Shown here: one piece after another, positions 27,354 to 39,635 of the stretch
Layout of the letters: each line of letters opens with the position of its first letter
Position numbering within the stretch: the stretch's first letter is position 1
Assembly: GCA_001662655.1 (NCBI GenBank)
Contig: KV460256.1
Direction: 5' to 3' (one strand)
DNA: 64,000 nucleotides
Source: Pseudogymnoascus verrucosus
Lineage: Eukaryota
Notes under the pieces: generated by a model
Database searches by the model: none
What the model was told of the DNA's origin: nothing
The model's input: only the letters and a program-made list of their open reading frames with translations
Translations under genes and position numbers: made by a program

Positions 27354-27684
27354 TTATAACTTCTGCTTCCCTCCAATCACGCCACCATCCTTCCTCCCCT
27401 CCTCAAACTGGTATCCCATTGCCACTGGGCTCGCTCCCGCCCCCGCAACCCCATTCGGCAACTTCACCATCCTCGACGTGAAGAACACCGGATGTTGAGA
27501 CGCAGCGTCATACTGCGGTCGTATTTGCTGTGGCATCACTCCCATGGGACGATTCGGCTGCTGGTTCATCGGTGGGGGAATTTGTTGTTGCGGGACCTGG
27601 CAAGACGTTAGAAGCTGCCAAACATGGTATTATAACTGAGCGCAAGCATACCTGTGGCCGCCGACCCTGGAGACTCGAAATCAT
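27354..27684 (-). CDS. Small hypothetical Gln/Pro-rich protein
   Basis: An intron GTATGC..CTAAC..CAG (about 27651-27597) joins MISSLQGRRPQ to VPQQQIPPPMNQQPNRP...HPVFFTSRMVKLPNG. The start is uncertain. Confidence 0.45.
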
Positions 27685-28738
27685 CCTATCCCGTCGGAGC
27701 TTAAAGGTGTCTGCCTCGCTCCCTTGCTTCGCAGCTGAACAAGCGGTGGCAATTGAACCTTGGAACGGGCTCAACGTGCTGATGATAGCAGAGGGCAGTG
27801 AGATGTGAGAAAACAGACGGCTGTTTATTTCACATTGCTTGATTTCGTTTTCTACAAAACCGTCCGACTTGTTCGAGCAACTATGGTCGTGCGAGCGTGT
27901 ATGGCGGCTGTGGGGTAGCTCAGCCGCGGCTCAGCCTCGGCTTCTTGCTTGTGATGTCATATTTGCCGGTTTAGACGTTTGACGCGCTTTTCTATTGGGA
28001 GGGATTTGATTTGAGGGGAAAATAGAGTTGATATATGCTTGAAAGGTAGAGTTAATATTTTACGATTTTACACAGAGAAATACACAAAGCCCAACGTAAT
28101 TTATTTATTTTGTGCAGTTTCTTTCTAAATATTTTAATATATGGTGAAAATAAAAATAGGGCTCATGTTAAACCCACTTCGCTCTCTATTATCCTATCTA
28201 TTATTCCGGTAAAATAGCTAAGTTATTGAGACCAATTGCGCCTCTACAATACATACAATTTTGATAGAATATTCTTTCCCAGTCATGCTAATATCATACT
28301 GTAATAACTTAGTTTCGATTGTTGGTTAGTGTTCCTTTTGTAGGTAGCTCCAATTCGGAATAGCGCCGAATGGTGGGGTTGGGTCCAGGTTTCTGTACCG
28401 TCTACCGTAGAATCTCGCGTATTTCCAGCTAAGAGTATATCTCGTCGACGAAAACTTCTTCCTTCCTCTCTCTCCAACTTATTCTTCACATCAAGAATTT
28501 TTCTACCTTCTTTCGTAGCCCAGTCTACCAAGAACGGTCAGTTACTTGAAGGTGGTTTAAAGCAACCTTGTCCACGGATTTAAAGCATTGAATCAGGTGG
28601 CCCATCGGTGCTGGACACTGCTCAAAGGCACATCATCTCACAGATGAGGCAGTCATAAAGCTAGGAAGATGGTTGGTTCTTCAGCGAGAACCTGCCATCG
28701 CACGCTAACTGGTGCAGGCCTTCAGAGGAGCTAAAGCG

Positions 28739-29831
28739 ATGTCTACAGCTGGCTTCGAGTCACGTATGGAAGATGTCAAACCGTCTAAAAGGTATGTCAA
28801 GATTCTTCTTCTGTCCGTTCACAGCACCTTCATCTCGTGGGCATCATATGATGAGTTTCAATCAACTGGGAATCTCTCCGAGAAATTTCGAATGTGGAAA
28901 ACTTATAAGTTGTTTCTGAAAACCGCCCTCAACTACACGTGTTTGAACGAGGATCACTGCCAATGAAAGTCCCAGTATACTAACGTTGGTGACAATAGTG
29001 ATCTCAATGTTTTGATACTTGATTATCTTACTGCGGAAGGCTATCCAACTGCTGCTGAGAGGTTCTCCAAGGAGGCTAATCTGAACCCTGCGAAACAACA
29101 AGATTCAGTGATTCTTCGCAACAGAATACAGCATGACATCCACCTTGGCAGTATACAGAATGCCATTGAAGCAATCAACGAGCTCAACCCTCAGGTTAGT
29201 GACAGCACTTATTTCATACTTCCTCTCCCTTTGCGATGATTATTGTTTCATGCACCACGCATATAGCCTTCGGGTCGTTGATGAGAAAAACAAACCATAC
29301 TTCAGTCCTCAGTATGAGCAAAACCAAATCCCTTTACTTCATTACATTACACTAGATCAGGACCTGTTCTAACATTGTAATCAGATTCTTGACTCGGATG
29401 TTTCGCTCCACTTTGCCTTACTTCGTCTGCAGCTCATTGAGCTCATTCGGGAAAGTTCATTGACGCCAGGCGGAAGCATTGGTCCTGCCTTGACCTTTGC
29501 TACCACCCAGCTCGCGCCCAAAGCGCCGAACAACCCGGCCTTCCTCGAAGACCTGGAGAGGACAATGGCGCTCTTGATCTTCCCTCCAGATCAACTTGAG
29601 CCACAGCTCGCCGAATTGCTACACCCTGACCTTCGAAAGAAAGTCGCTGACAGAGTTAACGAAGCCATCCTGGCCAGCCAAGGCCAAAGACGTAATGCTG
29701 CGATACGAAACCTCGTAAAATTGCGCTCGTGGGCCGAAGGGGCGTCCAAGGATGCAAAGATAACCTTGCCAGAGCAGCTTGACCTTGCCCTCGGCGGAGA
29801 TGTTCCAGGTGCGGACAGAGCCGTGCAATGA
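28739..29831 (+). CDS. GID8: GID/CTLH ubiquitin-ligase subunit Gid8 (LisH-CTLH-CRA)
   Basis: LisH DLNVLILDYLTAEGYPTAAERFSKEA, CTLH, LHFALLRLQLIELIR and FLEDLERTMALL. Introns at 28792-28998 and 29195-29384. Confidence 0.9.
28845..28922 (+). ncRNA. Intronic box C/D snoRNA, SNORD79/U79-like LSU rRNA guide
   Basis: Box C ATGATGA at 28848, guide TGGGAATCTC (antisense to conserved LSU GAGAUUCCCA), D' CCGA at 28878, C'-like ATGTGGA and box D CTGA at 28916. It sits about 80 nt upstream of the 3' splice site. Confidence 0.8.
29230..29322 (+). ncRNA. Intronic box C/D snoRNA, snR40/U32-like guide for SSU Gm1271 (yeast numbering)
   Basis: Terminal stem TTTGC/GCAAA, C-like GCGATGA, guide CATGCACCAC (antisense to SSU GUGGUGCAUG), degenerate D' CATA, C' TTGATGA and D-like ATGA at 29314. 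Confidence 0.7.
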
Positions 29832-30353
29832 TACATATGAGCCTATGACCGTGTAATACAACTTACTAATGATCTGATGAAGAGGCGTTCTGATAGTGCA
29901 ATGGTCACAGTGGGAAGCTACATGTGTAGTATAATATTGCAAGGCGTTTCAGGATTGATTTCAACGAGAACAATACAAATTTATAACAAATTGAACCTTG
30001 TCTTTGAATTGTGAGTGATACATATGTCTGTCGAAATCCATGAAATGCCGCACAGGAACTCACTCAGGAACTCGTTCTGTGCCGATTTGCCGGGGGATTG
30101 TTGCACCGAGACAGACCCCGACGTCATTGGTACTGATGTTAGCGTCCCTGTCAAGGTCAACCAACAACTGGTATTCGACCGGCCAATCCGGTCCCAAAAC
30201 GCGGCTCAGCCAAATATTCCATTCGTTGTCAAACTTCACCAGCTTGTCAATAACACCCAGATTCCCCAATATCTGGCATTGATGTTTAGCGCGCAATAGA
30301 GCCGTTTTGATTCTTATGTTTGTCGGTCGTTTCCGGTCAAAGACCTCAGGACC

Positions 30354-32478
30354 ATGCTCCGATCACCTCGCATCGCGTCCCTCGTCTCTCCAAACAATGC
30401 TGCGATATTAAGAGCCCGAGCTCTCCGGCAGCTACCATCAGCTAGGGGACGCGCGATTCAATATGCATCTCAAGTCTCGAGAGGACCGCATACCTTGCGA
30501 AAGCGGCCACAGGTTGCTGGCGCGCTGAGAAGCTCCAATTGGCGACACCTCTCTCATACACCAATTCTATTGTCGCCAGGCAAGCAGGTACTGAAAATCA
30601 GGTCGAGAACCCTCAATTTCGTGTACAGAGCCGCGGCATGGTTGGGCATTTCGGTGACGGTTGCGTCAGCCGGTATCATCAGCTTCTTCCTGTACGATGC
30701 GTCGACTTATAGGGAAGACCTCTCACACAGGGACATTCAGATATCCGATCTAGCCCTGAACCCCAAACTCGGCGGTCCGAAGAACTTACCCATTGCTGAG
30801 GTTCTCATGGACGATGAGGACGACGCTGATATGGAGCGCCAGCAGAACAAGCCGAGACTGGTTATACTGGGAGGCGGATGGGGAAGCGTGGCTTTGATCA
30901 AGGAATTGAGAGTCGAGGACTACCATATTACTCTGATCTCGCCGACAAATTACTTCTTATTTACGCCTATGCTGCCGTCTGCGACTGTGGGAACGCTGGA
31001 ACTGCGTTCTCTTGCTGAGCCTATACGACGAATCGTCTCCGATATCAAGGGCCACTTCATCAAAGCTCGCGCCGAAGGTGTCGAGTTTTCAGAGAAGTTG
31101 GTTGAAGTGTCTCAGGTTGGCGCAGATGGGAAAAGAACCCACTTCTACCTGCCATACGACAAGCTTGTCATTGGCGTGGGATCAACAACGAATCCCTATG
31201 GCGTCAAGGGCCTTGATAACTGCAACTTTCTGAAAGACCTCGACGACGCTCGGAAAATTAAGCACAAGATTCTAAACAACCTCGAAGCTGCCAGTCTTCC
31301 TACTACATCTGAAGAAGAGCGAAAGCGCCTTCTTTCGTTCGTTGTTTGTGGTGGCGGCCCAACAGGTGTCGAATTTGCTGCTGAGTTGTTCGATCTTCTC
31401 AACGAGGACCTGACACAATACTTTCCCCGACTTATTCGCAATGAAGTGTCGGTACATCTTATCCAGTCTCGAGGCCACATCTTGAACACTTACGACGAAG
31501 CAGTGTCAAAGTACGCCGAAGACCGCTTTTCTCGCGACCAAGTCCAAGTTCTCACCAACTCTCGCGTGAAAGAAGTCAGGCCTGACAAAATTCTCTTCAC
31601 ACAACAGGATGAGAATGGAGAGACTATAACTAAGGAACTCCCCATGGGCTTCTGTCTATGGTCTACAGGTGTATCACAGACAGACTTTTCCAAAAACGTC
31701 GCCCAAACCCTCGGTGACAACCAAAAGAATAAACGTGCTCTAGAAACCGACTCTCACCTCCGACTCATCGGCGCACCATTGGGAGATGTCTACGCCATCG
31801 GCGACTGTTCCACCGTCCAAAACAATGTCGCGGAAAACCTCGTCTCCTTCCTCAACAACCTAGCCTATGAGAAGGGAAAAGATCCCAAAACAATGCATAT
31901 CGAATTCGACGAGTGGATCAAAGTTGGACGCCGCATTCGGCGCCAATTCCCACAAGCCTCGGAACATCTGAAGCGCCTAGATAAGCTCTTCGAGGCCTAC
32001 GACAAGGATCAGTCTGGAACTCTCGAGTTCGGCGAAATGCGCGAACTGCTGATGCAGATTGATAAAACGCTCACTTCGCTCCCCGCCACCGCCCAACGCG
32101 CACACCAACAGGGCCAGTACCTAGCTCATAAGTTCAACAAAATGGCGCGCGCTGCGCCGGGCTTGACAATGAACGAGGTGCGCGATGGCGATTTGGACGA
32201 TGCTGTGTATAAATCCTTCAAGTATCATCACCTTGGTAGCTTGGCGTATCTTGGGAATAGCGCAGTGTTTGATCTCGGTGGAGGATGGAATGTATTGGGT
32301 GGCTTGTGGGCAGTTTATGCCTGGAGGAGTGTTTATTTCGCACAGAGTGTCAGTATCAGAACGAGGTTGCTGTTGGCTATGGATTGGGCGAAGCGAGCGC
32401 TTTTTGGCCGAGGTATGTTCGGGTGTTCTAAATGAGTCGATTGTCGCTAATTATGCTGCAGATATGATGACCTTTTGA
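30354..32478 (+). CDS. NDE1: Mitochondrial type II (alternative, external) NADH dehydrogenase with EF-hand
   Basis: Arg-rich presequence, ILGGGWG, FLFTPMLPS, VCGGGPTGVEF, AIGDC, EF-hand DKDQSGTLEFGE and PATAQRAHQQG. The last intron at about 32413-32461 gives ...GRDMMTF*. Confidence 0.93.
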
Positions 32479-33201
32479 TTTGGGGATGGAGACCTGTCAG
32501 AGTAGTTTTGTTGAAAGGGGTAGGTGTGTCTACGGTTTCACAGCGGCTGTGATGTTCTCTACGGGGCTGCTGGCAGAACGCAGCACAAGAATATGTACTG
32601 CGCCAGAAAAGAGAAATAGGAGCAACCATTGGTATGGATGACAGGCATATATTTAGATTCTGGCCTAAACAGCAGAAATAGATCAATATTGCGGACAAAG
32701 AAACTCTGTTTTCGAAGTGTCACTGCTGTGGTTGCGTTTGCTGTGCTAAAACTCTCTCTCTCACTATACTTCACCAAGACATATTTCATCCCTATCAGAG
32801 TATGTCAATATGTACACTAAAGAGACATACTTCTAGTTGCTACACTTTACTTGTTCACGTCCTTTGTTTGTTGCAGATTGCGGCACAGTGCCTTAGCGTA
32901 AGATGGCTATGTTCTCCTTTGTTGAGAGTTATATTTGGCTTTGAGTTTTCTTTCCACAAGGCTCCGTTGCGCGGGCTTCTGTGCATACTCAAGAGCACCT
33001 AGACCATTGGTCTCATCGAAGGCCCATGCTCCCTCTTCTAGAAACAGCCCGGCCTTCCCAGATATTCTTGAAAACTAGAGAATAATTCGTTGCACACGGC
33101 CTTTATCCCTTGTTTATTTATATATCCACAGAAGCTTGTAAGTACATCTAATGCGCGCTGCCCACCTGCTCTTTACGTCTTGCACGATCAACTCCGCTCA
33201 A

Positions 33202-34164
33202 ATGGCCAACAGATACCAAAGACGAAACAGCCGCTTCCAAGCCAACCCCCACTTCACAAACACATATGTCCCCCGCCACCGCCCGCGCCCACCCCCCTAC
33301 CAACCCCCCACACCAAACCACCACAGCGGTCCCTTCATCCCCACCCCTTCTTTCTCCCCAGACCACCATTTCCAGGCCATGAACTCCATCCTCGCCGAGC
33401 GTGCGTACCTCCTCTCATCCCTACAGCGGGAAGACGTCCGCGCGACAGCACTCCTCACAGTCATCGCGGACCTCAATGCGCGGATGGCATCGGGGCCGCC
33501 GACGCGCGGGAAGGAGAGGAAATTGATCAGGAGGGATTTGGAGGCGAAGAGACATGCGGCGGATGTGAGTGTGAGGCAGGAGAAGAGGATTTTGCAGAGG
33601 TTGGGGGAGGTGACGCTGGTGATTCAGCAGAGGGAGAGGTGGTGGAGGGTGGAGAGGGAGAGGGGGATGGGGGGTGGCTTTGGAGCGGAGGCGAGGGTAG
33701 AGGGGGGAATGGGTAGGAATGCTTGGGGGGGTTGGAATGGAGCTGATGTGGTTTCGTGGAATGGTCAACAGGTTCAGTATGAAGGCCAGCTACAAGGATA
33801 TTATGGTGGTCAGGGATGGGTCCAGCAGGTATCACCGCCGGGGTATGTGATGGTTACTCCGCCAGCATCGACGGAAGGTGGTGGGATCATAGGTTGCAAT
33901 GACTGGCAGTTTCCAGTTCCGGTTGACAGCTCCAGCGACTGGAATATGTCTCGAATCTCGGGGGCTGATGCGATGGAGCACAAGCCAGTGCGGGTGGCAA
34001 GATCGGATTCAATGGTTGAGGTTGCAGCAGGTCGTAGAAGAGCGCAGAGCAGCATGAGCATGCCGGATTTAGGCTCCAGCTCATGGGGAGGCGACTGTCC
34101 CCAGTACCTGGGTTATTATTCTCCAGGATGCTCGCCGGAAATGACTGGTGGATCGGTCAATTAG
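33202..34164 (+). CDS. Hypothetical protein (Pro-rich N-terminus, coiled-coil-like centre)
   Basis: Long single ORF with a helical charged core (LAERAYLLSSLQREDVRA...RQEKRILQRLGEV). No family recognised. Confidence 0.55.
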   Translation: MANRYQRRNSRFQANPHFTNTYVPRHRPRPPPYQPPTPNHHSGPFIPTPSFSPDHHFQAMNSILAERAYLLSSLQREDVRATALLTVIADLNARMASGPPTRGKERKLIRRDLEAKRHAADVSVRQEKRILQRLGEVTLVIQQRERWWRVERERGMGGGFGAEARVEGGMGRNAWGGWNGADVVSWNGQQVQYEGQLQGYYGGQGWVQQVSPPGYVMVTPPASTEGGGIIGCNDWQFPVPVDSSSDWNMSRISGADAMEHKPVRVARSDSMVEVAAGRRRAQSSMSMPDLGSSSWGGDCPQYLGYYSPGCSPEMTGGSVN

Positions 34165-34293
34165 CATACATGTGCTCGAAGACACGATGGAATGAGAAGC
34201 GCGCTTGTACTGTATTGCATATTTGTTGTCTTGGGTATATTTACAATAGTAACAGCACATATTCATCCGCTCCAATTAACTCTCGTTTCTTCG

Positions 34294-35103
34294 TCACTGA
34301 AATTCGCCAAATTCCCCATCATCGAATCCAAGATCCCCGATTGAACCAGGTGCAGGCGGAGTTTGCGTCTGGCTTAGCCTTTTCTGCGCCTTCACATCCT
34401 GGGCACTTGGAGGAGGGGGTAGGAAACCCGCTTGTGCATTCGGCGGTGGTGGCAATGAAAACCCTCCACCAGAAGAGGATTCGCTGCCACCGCCGCTCGA
34501 TGATGCGCCCAAAGATCTCCTGCCCTTGCCTGTCTTTCCACCAAGGTTCACAGTTATAGTCTGCCCTTCCTTGAGGCTGAAGTCGCGTTCCACTTTGCTA
34601 GCATCTGCATCCTTCTTCGCAGGCCTACGCGGGTCTCCAGCCACGACATCAAGGCCAAGTGTCTTGCGAATTTCCTGCAGCGCAACACTGAAGTCAAAAG
34701 CATCCGACCTCTCCTCAAACCCAATTCCCAACCCTGCTTTCCTCCCACTGGGGTCTTGGACCCTGACAGCAAAGAACCGACTCGAGTCCGCCACCTGCTC
34801 CACCACAGCCGGCGTCGTATACGGCGCCGCCGCAAACAGCTCTCCTGTCTTCGGATCCTCGAGCAGGATATCAGCCTTCAGCTTCTCGCCGCCTTGGGGG
34901 GTAGGTATCGCGGTTTCGAGGATGCGGAGGCGGGCGGTGAAGATCTGGCGCGACACGGGAGAGGTCCATGATGCGGCAATGTGGCCCTTGCTGGATGCTG
35001 GGGGAGGGGGGTTGTAGACATGGACGGTGGGAGAGAGGAAGAGGATGCGCTGGATGGAGTCGGGAGGGAGGCGGGTGGAAGTGGTGGGGTCGATGAGATC
35101 CAT
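34294..35103 (-). CDS. NECAP (adaptin ear-binding coat-associated protein, DUF1681)
   Basis: LFAAAPY, VEQVADSSRFFAVRV, LGIGFEERSDAFDF, DFSLKEGQTI and C-terminal FGEFQ. Confidence 0.93.
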   Translation of the reverse strand: MDLIDPTTSTRLPPDSIQRILFLSPTVHVYNPPPPASSKGHIAASWTSPVSRQIFTARLRILETAIPTPQGGEKLKADILLEDPKTGELFAAAPYTTPAVVEQVADSSRFFAVRVQDPSGRKAGLGIGFEERSDAFDFSVALQEIRKTLGLDVVAGDPRRPAKKDADASKVERDFSLKEGQTITVNLGGKTGKGRRSLGASSSGGGSESSSGGGFSLPPPPNAQAGFLPPPPSAQDVKAQKRLSQTQTPPAPGSIGDLGFDDGEFGEFQ

Positions 35104-35982
35104 TGCTTCGCGGGGCTGCAGTGGATGTTTGGCGTGAGGCTTTTTCTACAGTTCGAGCTGGTTGTTTATTGGCATAGCGGTTTCGAGCGAGTGGTTAAAT
35201 TCAATTTATCTGAACGAATGGCGCGGTCTTTCCATGCGAGTATGCTGTGAGAGGTGACATGTTTGAGATAGCACATGGCGGGGTTAGGTAGGCGGCCGTT
35301 AGCGTCAAAGCTTAATCTCACGTTTGAGCTACAAAACGAGAGAGATCACCATAATTGTCACCTCAAACTCACTAGCTACCCAATTCACGCCAGGAATTAC
35401 TTGAAGCGATTCACATCCCAAGTAGTTACTGATGCCAGGAGTTGGCTCTTATGGGCCTAGTAATGGAGTGCAGAGATATATCCTCCAGCATCTCCCTATT
35501 ATAATAGTGCTTGCACCTTTCGCACAACACTTCATTCACGTTGAGTTTGAACTAAAATTTATCAATGTGATATCCAAAGATCATTTTAGCTCAACAACTG
35601 TAGTAAAATTCTTTCTCTTCAAATTATTTTGCTTTTTATTGCTGCCACGGTGCTATTTCTCTCGGTTTCTACCCTTGGACTTGCGAAACAAGTCAAATCT
35701 TCAACCCTCTCTGTTTATTTCCAATTACTGGCTCCCAATGAATTTACCTTTGTGGTAGATCCTCTTATACTGCTCACCTTTTTTCTAGCTATTACCTGAT
35801 TTCTCATTAGTGATAAGATCTGGGCCTCCAGTCCTATCACTGTTTCCTCTGAACTCCGGGTCTCTTACAACACCACAAGCTGGTCTCCGCCCAGGCAGCT
35901 TTTACCGTTACTCTTGTCCCGTCACTGCCATTTGGGGCCCGACTTCGAAGGGTACCTCTTTCATCGCAGGATTTCTGTCACG

Positions 35983-38900
35983 ATGGAACAATCTGGAACA
36001 GAACGTCATACTCCACCGACCACCCAACCCAGCCAAGGTCTATCAAGTGGCGAAGATATCGAAGATGAAAGGCCGCCAAGAGGGGGTTTATTCGTAACCC
36101 CAGATCCTGACGACGACATAAGAATGCAGGGTCACACTGAAGAACCCATCAACCATCCTCAAGTTCCCAACCCACACTTGAACGGCCATGACCCAAATCA
36201 ACGCATTCGTTTGGCACAGGAGGCCATGAGACGGGAGATTTTACTCAAACGGAAATCGGGGACGGAATCCATCTTTGATGGAAGCGGCAGGGTAAAGATC
36301 CAAAGATCAAACCCCAGCACCGGATCATTTCATGGGGAGATTCCATTCACAGAAAATGCAGATCACAACGAGGAAGACCATTCCTGGATGGACGCGGATA
36401 ATGATGGAAGTAGCACCGATGAACGAGAGGCTCTATTGAGGAACATGAACGCTCTGGAAGAGGCAAGGGAGAGGAACAACGGAGAATTGACTGGTAGCCA
36501 ACAGCTGGAGTACCTCCAAGCCAGCCAGCGCCTCCACACTGCATCCCGACGGCTGCAAAAAGGCAAATCATCCTCTGGGCTAAGCATAGGAACAGCTGAC
36601 ATGCATGTCGATCCCATGAGCGACGATGATGATGCCGGAATATACCCTGAGATGGCGGAAGGGCTTCCAGATTTCACTTCTCAAAGCGAACCACTACTGG
36701 TGACGGCTGGAGGCCAAGCGAAACCACCACGGAAAAAAACCGTAAAGAGGACAGCACGAGACGTCCATAGCTCAAAGCAAGCTGCAAAGACAGAAGCTGC
36801 TGGAAATAGAGGTCGTGCACCAAAGAAAAGCAGGAAGCAGCCAGGCACTGTTCCCACAGGCGTCCACAAAACCACCTATAAAAGCAGGATGAGAAATAAA
36901 TGGCCAGAAGTTGATGATACAGTACAGAAGCTCCTGGCAAGCCTCATTCAAAGCGATACTATCAAGGAGCGCATGGAACAAGGCGATGTTGAAGAAGGTC
37001 CTGATATCATCACAAACAATAAGGCCAGTCAGCTGAGAGAACTTCTCAGCAGCATCCCTCGAGATTATGACGCTAACAGAGCAAAAAATGAGAGAAATAC
37101 ATTGAATGAAGCATCGAAATCATTTGGTCATGGGCGAGTCAAAGCGAAAAATGGGAAATGGCTTCTGGTCGGCATGAAGACGCCACTGTACCATCACCAG
37201 CTACTGGCAGCAGATTGGATGGTTAGACGTGAGCTTTCCTTGGATCGGCCTCATGGGGGTCTATTGGCGGATGCTATGGGTCTTGGGAAGACTGTGTCGA
37301 CTTTGGCCACGATGGTAGGAAATCCGCCGGCAGAAGAGGACATCGCAGAGATGAGAAAGGCTACGCTCATAGTAGTCCCGGCAAGCTTACTTTCACAGTG
37401 GGAGGCCGAAATTAAAGTGCATGTCGACGAGAAGATATTCCAAAAAGTCATGCCTTATAAATCGTCTTCAAGAATATCTACCAACATTCTCTCAGACTGT
37501 GATATTGTGTTGACGAGCTTTACAGAAGTTGCGAATAGCTGGCCGTTTCCAAGCTCTGTGGAAGACAAGGCTGATGCAAGTCTATTGGGAGAGGATGAGT
37601 GGGCCAATAATCGCGATTCCCTGAAAGGCGACTTACAGCGAGTCAAATGGTATCGAATTGTCCTGGATGAAGCTCAGGCGATCAAAAATTATAGATCACG
37701 GACTTCAATAGCTTGCCACAAGCTGGACTCAACTTACCGATGGGCTCTTTCAGGCACTCCCGTCTTAAACAGCCTCAACGAGCTCTATCCATATTTTCGC
37801 TTTCTTCGCATGAACTGGGCAAGCACTTTCCCTGTTTTCAAGAAAAACTTTGGAGATCCTGATGCCAACGATTCAACTAAGAGACTGAATGTCATGCTTA
37901 GTGTGATTATGATGTGAGTAGAAAAGTAATACCGGAGTGTACGTGGGCTAATCAATAATAGGAGGCGAACAATTGGATCCACAATACTTGGACGTCCTTT
38001 GGTTCAGTTGCCGCCAATTCATCCTTCTCTGCAGATTTTGAATCTCAGCGGAGTGGAGAGGGCAATCTATCGCACATTGGAAGACCGTTTCCGGGGAATG
38101 ATGAACAACCACTTCAAGGCAGGGACGGCCGAAAAAAACTATGGGCTATATTTGACACAGCTTCTGAGGCTCAGGCAAGCCGCATCCCATCCTTTTCTGC
38201 TTGAGAGATGCATCAAGGACCTGTTCGATGCCGAGGATTTGCTGGGGCTTAAGCTCAGGCTAAAGCGTCTTAAGAAAGACAAACGTCCAATTTATGAGCA
38301 AATCGAACTCTGGACTTCAAAGCCTGCAACAAACAACGAACCGAAGCAAAGCGGTGACAGTGTTTCATTCGGGCGTTCTGACTTTGGAAACAAGTTCGAT
38401 TTCGAAGGGTTTCTCAGTGAGGCTGATCACGAAAAGATCTATGCCCGCATCGTTTGCATTCTTTGCTCAGACCTACCTCAGGACCCTGTTAAGACAGACT
38501 GCGGACACATATTCTGCAGGGCCTGCCTTGAGGGAAACATACACGCACAGGCGGCTACGTTGGAGTTCGATTATACGGCTTGCCCAAAGTGCGAGAAAAT
38601 ATTCGAGCATTATGAGCCGTGGAGAAACCCTGATTCAAGAGGTAGCGATGACGGTGCTGGCTCTGAACGTTCAGATCCTTCATCAGGCCAACCCACCACA
38701 CAAACTTTCAGAAGAAAAGATGCAAACTATAAGCCACACATCAAGGACTCAGAGTGGCTAAAAACATGCATCGAAAACCCTAAAAAGCTTCTGCCGAGCG
38801 CCAAAACCATTGCCCTCAAGGCTCAAATTCTCCATTGGGTACATGAGGCACCAGATGATAAAATCTTGGGTAAGAACATTCCCCATTTTTGGCCTTCCGT

Positions 38901-39635
38901 GCTGACTAACTGAAAATAGTATTCACGCAATTTCGAATGATGACAAGGATCGTGGGTTTGCTCTGCGAGAAGGAGCGCTGGGGCCACGTATATTTCACTG
39001 TAGGTCTTGTCAACCCGTTTCCACGGATTTCTGTACCCATCCTATAGATTTATCTGTCAGATTCGTAGCCACAAGCAGGTATAGCTAACACATGATCCAG
39101 GGCGATATGAACATGAAACAACGAACCCATGCAGTTGAGCAATTCCACACTGATAAGAAAATCAAGATCATGATCGCTGTTCTGAAATGTGGCGGAGTGG
39201 GTTTGAACCTGAAATGCGCCAATCGATGCATCACCATCGACCCCTGGTGGAACCGTAAGCAGTCGTCCTTCGCTGATTAACTACCCAGAGTAACTGACGC
39301 ATCTCATAGACTCTGTGGAACAGCAAGCATTTGGTCGTATCTTCCGGATTGGGCAAATGAAGGAAACTCATGTTGCTCGATTTGTTGTGAAGAACACAGT
39401 CGACATGCGAATCCTAAACATGCAGAAGGAGAAGATGGCTGAGATTGACGGAGTCATGATAGAGGCCGGAAAGCCCCTTGATCCACTGAGTATTGAAGAA
39501 ATGGCGAGCTTATTCGGTCACTTGGTGAAAGGTGACGATGGAATCACGCAGGTGGTCGCGGATTATGAAAGCGAGGCGGAAAGTGACGGGGACTATGAAG
39601 ACGAGGGCCAGGTCGCTGAGGAGATTGCCGAGTAG
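35983..39635 (+). CDS. SNF2-family helicase with RING finger (Rad5/Rad16/Uls1-like), spliced
   Basis: GGLLADAMGLGKT, TLIVVP, VLDEAQ, RWALSGTP, LLRLRQ, RING CILC..CGHIFCRAC..CPKC, GGVGLNL, DPWWN and EQQAFGRIFRIGQ. Confidence 0.92.

Noticed and set aside
8184..27684. Secondary-metabolite cluster or Starship element
   Set aside because: No PKS, NRPS or terpene backbone gene and no DUF3435 tyrosine recombinase is visible.
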